Below, one piece after another: positions 39,803 to 45,369 of a stretch of DNA of 45,369 nucleotides; the stretch's first letter is position 1; each line of letters opens with the position of its first letter. Position numbers and translations under genes: made by a program. The stretch comes from Paraglomus brasilianum (lineage: Eukaryota), in assembly GCA_910592345.1 (NCBI GenBank), contig CAJVPI010000178.1:1-45369 (forward strand), read 5' to 3'. The notes beneath the pieces are model-generated. The model did not search any database and was not told where the DNA came from. It worked only from the letters and a program-made list of their open reading frames with translations.

Positions 39803-40399
39803 TTACTTCCTTAATTTCAATCAGGGTCATTTCTTAGGCTCTTTAACCTCAATTTGAGCAACTTGACCATTTTGTTGCTCTTTTAGTAGTTTAATTTCTT
39901 GGGTTAATTTAATAATTTGTGCCTCTTGTTCTTTAATCTTATCCAATAATTCCTGTTTCTGCTTTTTGCTCCATTCTTCAGATTTCTCTTGAAATTTGAC
40001 TACTTCTTCCCTTTCAATGTTCAGCTCCTCCTTGGCAGCTTTCAATTCATTTTCAAGTTTCTTAGTTTTATTTGCTAAATGAGATTCAATAGTTTGGGAC
40101 ATCCCATCTTCTGTGGAGGACGTTCTGAATTTCCCATCTTTCAATAGATTGCAATAACAACCCATCCTATTTCTCTGTAGTCTACCACAAAGCTCACAAT
40201 AAGAGAGGTTATTGTTTTCAAAATCTTTTTTACAATCAGCACAAATAGAGCCAATATCTGCAGTAGAACCATCTTCATGATATGCCACTAATTCATGAGT
40301 AGCATTATCAAAAACTGGTTCATCACTAATCACACAGTAATTACAATATGGGACAGATAATTTGGTTCTTTCAAAAATTCTATATTCTAATTTCTTCAT
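39803..40399 (-). CDS. Endobacterial-type (Mollicutes-related) hypothetical protein: CxxC zinc-finger-like N-terminus plus coiled coil; 198 aa in code 4 (190 aa in standard code, stop at 39827)
   Basis: Intronless. Motifs CNYC, CADC, CELC and CYC. Ends QVAQIEVKEPKK-TGA-P-TGA-LKLRK-TAA. Starts 2 nt after the stop of the upstream gene. Confidence 0.75.
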
Positions 40400-40401
40400 A
40401 A

Positions 40402-41397
40402 CTAATTACTGTGTAAGATATAAGTATCAAACTTTTGCTTGACATCTCCTTTAATCAAATTAACTTTCTCTTTGAGCTTTTGAATTCTTTCACTAACTTT
40501 TGTTTTTGCTTTCTTTGTCAATCTCTCAATTTGCTTTATTTTATCTTTTTTCTCATAAGCATCTAGTTTCTTTTTCAATTGGTCATTCTCTATTCTTTGT
40601 TCAATAATAGTACAATCTCTTTTCATGTTCTCTACAAAAACTCTTCTATCATGTCATTCTTTGGACTTGTCTAGTGCTTTTAAGTTCATTTCAACTTCAA
40701 TTTCTACTCTTTCTTCCAACTCTTCTACTCTTATTTCCAATTCTTCTTGTTTGACTTCTAACTGTTGAATTTTTTCTTCATTTTCTCGATTTTGTTTAAC
40801 CACTTTATCAAAAATTCCCTTAACTTTAAAAGTTAACTCATTCCAACTACTAATTAACTCATCTAAAGAAAGATGTCTAAGGTCTAAATAAGAATAACAA
40901 CTTTTTCAATCCTCTTCATACCCATTTTCTAATATTCTTTGAGTTGTGATTGTGTCTTCTAATTTGCTTTCACTTATTCACTTTCTAAATAACCCCTTGC
41001 TTTCTTCAGAATTTAGTTTGATAAGGTTGATAAGGATGTGATATCTAGCATCATTCCTTTCACTGTAAAGTTTTCCTGTGAGATTTCAGTAATGATTAAA
41101 CTTGTAAGTATAGAAAATCATATTTCTACGAATTGCTTCAGTAGGATTCCACTCACAAAACTTAGATCAACATTCTTGGTTGCAATGATACATTACTGCA
41201 TCAATTGCCTTTGCATCCATATCAGAAGCACTGTAATCATTAATTAGAATACTAATTATTCATTGTCTAATTTCTTCATTATTCAACTGTTTAAATTCTT
41301 GGTCTTTTTCTTTATCAGCCAATTTCTTTTCTAGGTCAGCAATCTTGTTTAGCAACTCTTGGTTTTGTTGCTGTTGTATTTTTAAAATATTTACCAT
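40402..41397 (-). CDS. Endobacterial-type coiled-coil hypothetical protein, 331 aa, open only with TGA=Trp (code 4); a pseudogene under the fungal nuclear code
   Basis: One frame from ATG 41397 to TAG 40404-40402 with no internal TAA/TAG, frameshift or intron, but six in-frame TGA (41262, 41169, 41088, 40980, 40908, 40656). The ORF track shows only its last 74 aa. Confidence 0.8.
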
Positions 41398-41546
41398 TTT
41401 TATTTTTTTAATATACTTATAGGGCTATATTAAGTATATAATTATTTTACTATTCTTTTTATTTAAACTTTAAAAATTGTAAAGTGGGAATATTAGATAG
41501 AGAATTTAACGTGGTGAGGAAATTAATGAATTTTAGTCTAAATATT

Positions 41547-43259
41547 TTATTCATTTCTGGTATAGGTTGGGCTTGGGCAAGTAATGTCTTTGAATTCATC
41601 TCTAACAAATGGGCGAATATTATGGTGAAGATATTCCTGTCTTTTATAATCCAAAGAAGGAGGAGTCAGTACCAGTATAGAAAAGGATTTAATTTCTCCA
41701 GTAATTTCGGAAACACTTGCTTTTCTAGTTTTCAATAAATTAAGTTCAGTAAACACACCATTAGCAACCAGCTGAGCTTTGACAATTCCAGGATTAGTTG
41801 CTTCAAAAACAAAATGCTGATACTTTTGTAAACCATTCAATTTCTTAAAGAAAATTCCCAACACGGAATTAAGATCCAAATATTGAAAGCCTTTCCCATT
41901 GTCATAATGTTGAGCCTTGTTTAATCCAGCTGTACTTGATTTTTTCACAACCTCAACAATATGATCTACGCAATCTACAGTCGTTTTGCGATATAATTTC
42001 TTAATCAGTCCAAAACTACCATCACACTTGAATTTAGTATGTCCAGGTATCATGAAATTTAATTCGATACTTTCATAATAACCGCAAATTACTAAATAGA
42101 GGTAAAATCAAATAGTGGCATTATTTTTATTCTGACCACCAGCATTATCACAAGTAATCTTTAAACGCTTTTCGCTTTTATTCAATTTCTTAATCCCATC
42201 GAATACCAGGCTTAGTGTGCCATTAGGGCCTTTGCCGATAATTTCGCCTTCGTCGAGAACATAATTAATTTGTTCGCGTACTGCTTCATCTTGAATACCA
42301 AATAAATGTACTTTACGTGGACTGAGATAATAAATTTTACTTACTTGTTGGTCGGAATGGGGAACGTGAACATTTTGTGCTCAATCATAACTGTAATGAG
42401 CAGTCGCGTCTACACTACAATAATTAGCTTTACGACTTGTTATAAAATGCTCGTCTACTAATTTTCTCGGTTTTAGCTTTAACTAGATGTTCTTTGAATT
42501 TTTTCAATAAATCTTTCGCTTCTTCTTCCTTGCGAGCATTATACTGCAAGCCATTCCGAAAATGTTGGCACGTGTCACATAAATCCGTTCTTGGACTCAT
42601 AATTTGAATATAAGGTGTCATAACTTGCGGAATGCGTCATATTTTAACAATTTCAACGGGCTATCATTTTCGAGACCTGCAATAAAATCACGATAGACCG
42701 ATTTATAACTCGTTTCAGCTGGCAATAGTGTAAGCGATTGAGTAATGCGACTGACATTTCTACCAGGACTTGGTAGTCCGTGAATTTCAGCATAATTTTC
42801 GAGAAAATTCTTCACGATGGTAGCAACGGTTATATCGATGGTTTTTTTGGTTTTTTATCGCGGCATTCGTTTAATGTTACCGTGAATGCGCGGTATTATA
42901 CCATTCGTTGCCGGATGATTTCGGACGTTCTCGAAGTGAGTGCGGCCAATTCCTAACATATTGAGATACGTTTTCTGACAAAGTGGCGTATTGCGATCTC
43001 AATAATAAAATGTTCGCTTATTAGTACGCGTTTTCTTTCTGAGACGTCAGCTGGTGGTTATTTCTCCACCATTCATTGCTTTCAACTGGGCCATTAAAAA
43101 TATATCTTGCTCAGATCTAGAGAGAGCTTGAAACGCCTCACGTAAGTCGGCAAACCTCTCTCTCGGAATCATTTTCGAGCAACCACATTTGCAACCTATC
43201 TCTAAGAAACGGATTGCTTTTTCGTATTCGGCGGAGCCATTATAATTAGAATTTCTCAT
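41547..43259 (-). pseudogene. Sola1-like DDD DNA transposase pseudogene
   Basis: Motifs CKCGC, PLCQKTYL, PRIHGN, HGLPSPGR, PRTDLCDTC, HYSYD*AQNVHVP, CDNAGGQNKNN and MIPGHTKFKCDGSFG. At least 5 premature stops and 2 deletion frameshifts. TIR pair not found; the superfamily call rests on remembered motifs. Confidence 0.75.
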
Positions 43260-43634
43260 ATATGGGTAATCCTATATATTAATTTTTATTGCTTTGTCAT
43301 TTTTATGATTGTCTCAACAATGTACTTTTGAATATAGAAATCATGCGTGATGCTGAGTGACCTGCATTTTAATCGAATTCAAGCACATTCTATAATTGTC
43401 TGCTTCGAAAAATTTAACCTCCAGCATATCCTTCTGCGGTAATAGTAAAAGTAAAAGAGATAAGCACGTGTTATTATTATTCCCAAAACGTATGAATATG
43501 ATAGGAGGGCTTTCAGTTTTAAGTTTTGTTCGTATAACCTGAGGATTCATTTATTAATATGAAGCAAATTATATTCAATATGCACAGCTTATTTTCACTA
43601 TTGATTTTTCATGACTTCGTCTCTGACTAATATA

Positions 43635-45105
43635 CTAACTTATCATTTGACCCAAGTATCTAGATTTCAATGACTCTAACCAATAAATATCATGTTCACG
43701 ACTCAGTTTCTTCTGATCTTCAGCCCCTGGTGGCCAATTAATATGTCGATGGTTCATGAAAGATGGATAGCAATCAATTTCTTCTTTACCCGCCCAATCG
43801 AAATCTATTAACATTCCTTGATACTGACCTTGAGATTTGCTAACTAAAATGTTGGAATCATGGAGATCAGCAAAAACAATATTTTCTGTATGCAATTTGT
43901 CAATAGCTTCTTCAATGTCCATTAAAATCGCCTTGTATTCATCATGACTAAGTGAGCTGCAGTTATAAAGTGGCTCAGCCTCAACAAAATCCATCACAAC
44001 CATGTAAAAACCATCCACTATCTCTTTGTTAACATAGAGCAATTTTGGTGCTTTGCCAATTTCACTACACAGTTCATGTGCCTTCTGATTATACTGTGAT
44101 GCAAATTTAACAATGATTTTCCACCCATCTCTTGTTATGGCTTTCCAAAGAAGCTTGTCATCAACAAGTTTTCCTTCATATGTAAACTCTATGATTGTAT
44201 CTTGATGTCTGTATTGATTTGGATAGGGAAAAAATCGTTGTGAATTTTGTTGGTATATCTAGAGATCCATAATACTCCTTTAACCTATTGACTCCCAAGT
44301 GGAAGGCTTTGAATAATCGTGCCACTCACTCTGCATGGGCTTGATTGTTTGTAGGTATGAGAGGTATGAAGTCGGTCAAGGGATCTATAATGGGTTTCTC
44401 AATGTATACTGCCCCTAAAATGCACACCCATGGTCCAGCTAAGCATAAGATAAAAGACGGCCAGTTGCACTATTTGAGTATTTCACTATTTGTCTGTTGG
44501 GTATAATATTTTGCAAAAGAAGCTCCAGCCTGGACAGTCAGATCACAGCTACCAGTGCCAATTTCATTTTTAATCTCAACAAAGCAGTGTAAAACACTTC
44601 TTGAAAAGACATTAGATTCCAGTACTCCATCATTTGAAGAATTGTCTTCTAGATGAATTATCCTTAACTCTTCACCAAATAATTCACGAATTTTTTCTCT
44701 AAACACTTTGGAACGATCACTTTCACTGTGGTATAATTCTGCCATACCATGAATAATATCAAGGGTCCATTGATAATGTTCTCTCCTCATCTTTAGATCT
44801 TCATTATGGTAATCATGCAGGAACTGACTGAAAACATTGTGATAAACTTGTACTGGTGGACCAACACATTCTGGAGGGCGGTGAATAAGTAACTGCTTGT
44901 CCTTAATCTGGTAACCAATAAGATTACTGAGAAGTGCAAAAGATGATGGTGAAGGATAACTCCGAATCTTCTTTACATTTCTTTGCTGTTCTGTAAAGTG
45001 GAGAAATTGGTTATGACAAAAATTCTACCAATGCACAATATATACAACTAACCTTCTTCATAATTATCCAAGTTGGAAGAATGTTGCTTACTAGCTGACA
45101 AAGAT
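43635..45105 (-). pseudogene. Crinkler-like restriction-endonuclease-fold + protein-kinase-like gene, decayed, 5' part beyond the LTR insertion
   Basis: SNDG...FVEIKNEIG (PD-(D/E)xK-like), IIVKF, KAPKL, VVMDF, IVFADLHDSNIL and LIDFDWAG. GT-AG intron ~45052-44991. Stops at 44472 and 44328 and a frameshift at ~44255. Confidence 0.8.
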
Positions 45106-45137
45106 CTGCATTGTAAAGCATTATTAGTTATATATAT

Positions 45138-45369
45138 TGTTACGGTCGGGAATTTAAATTGGGATTTTTGGGAGAGCGATTTATCTTTTGTGTAGGTGTG
45201 TTCGCCGACCGGGGGATGTTACCAGGCTTAGCTTGTACTATCGCCCTTACTACGATAGTCGTGCAATTAAGACTGAATTAAGCCTCAAGTGACTATTTTA
45301 ATTATGCGCGCTTTTTCACTCCCTATCCGAGTTTCAAACACTCGTGAATACAAATAAGGGTACCTCTAA
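45138..45369. mobile_element. Probable LTR end (TGTTACG...) inserted in an intron of the kinase gene, truncated by the window edge
   Basis: Abrupt switch at TGTTACGG from CpG-poor gene sequence to CpG-rich non-coding sequence resembling the solo LTR at 19391. The other end is not visible. Confidence 0.5.

Noticed and set aside
39803..41397. Mitochondrial insertion (NUMT), since fungal mitochondria also use TGA=Trp
   Set aside because: The proteins are hydrophilic coiled-coil/Cys-rich and resemble no mitochondrial core gene, homing endonuclease or plasmid polymerase that I can recognise. Not formally excluded without a search.

Overview
This is AT-rich eukaryotic (fungal) nuclear DNA. Short GT-AG introns and the gene and TE repertoire point to Mucoromycota, probably an arbuscular-mycorrhizal-type lineage (inference). 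Apparently intact host genes are a single-exon membrane protein (1981-2700), a 3-exon group I G-alpha (FadA/GNA-1 type), a 3-exon cytochrome P450, a 4-exon 107-aa two-repeat Myb protein and a 3-exon Cys-rich type I membrane protein; the ORF track fragments the last two. Most of the rest is a TE graveyard: Tc1 (DD34E) and mariner relics, pogo-like and Mutator/hAT-like MITEs, TG...CA elements with 4-5 bp TSDs, a Sola-like transposase and a decayed REase+kinase (Crinkler-like) gene. The main finding is a ~1.6 kb intronless, operon-like two-gene cassette (39803-41397, minus strand). It reads open end to end only if TGA = Trp (genetic code 4), which suggests DNA from a Mollicutes-related endobacterium embedded between fungal repeats. 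All translations and alignments were done by eye; no database searches were run.
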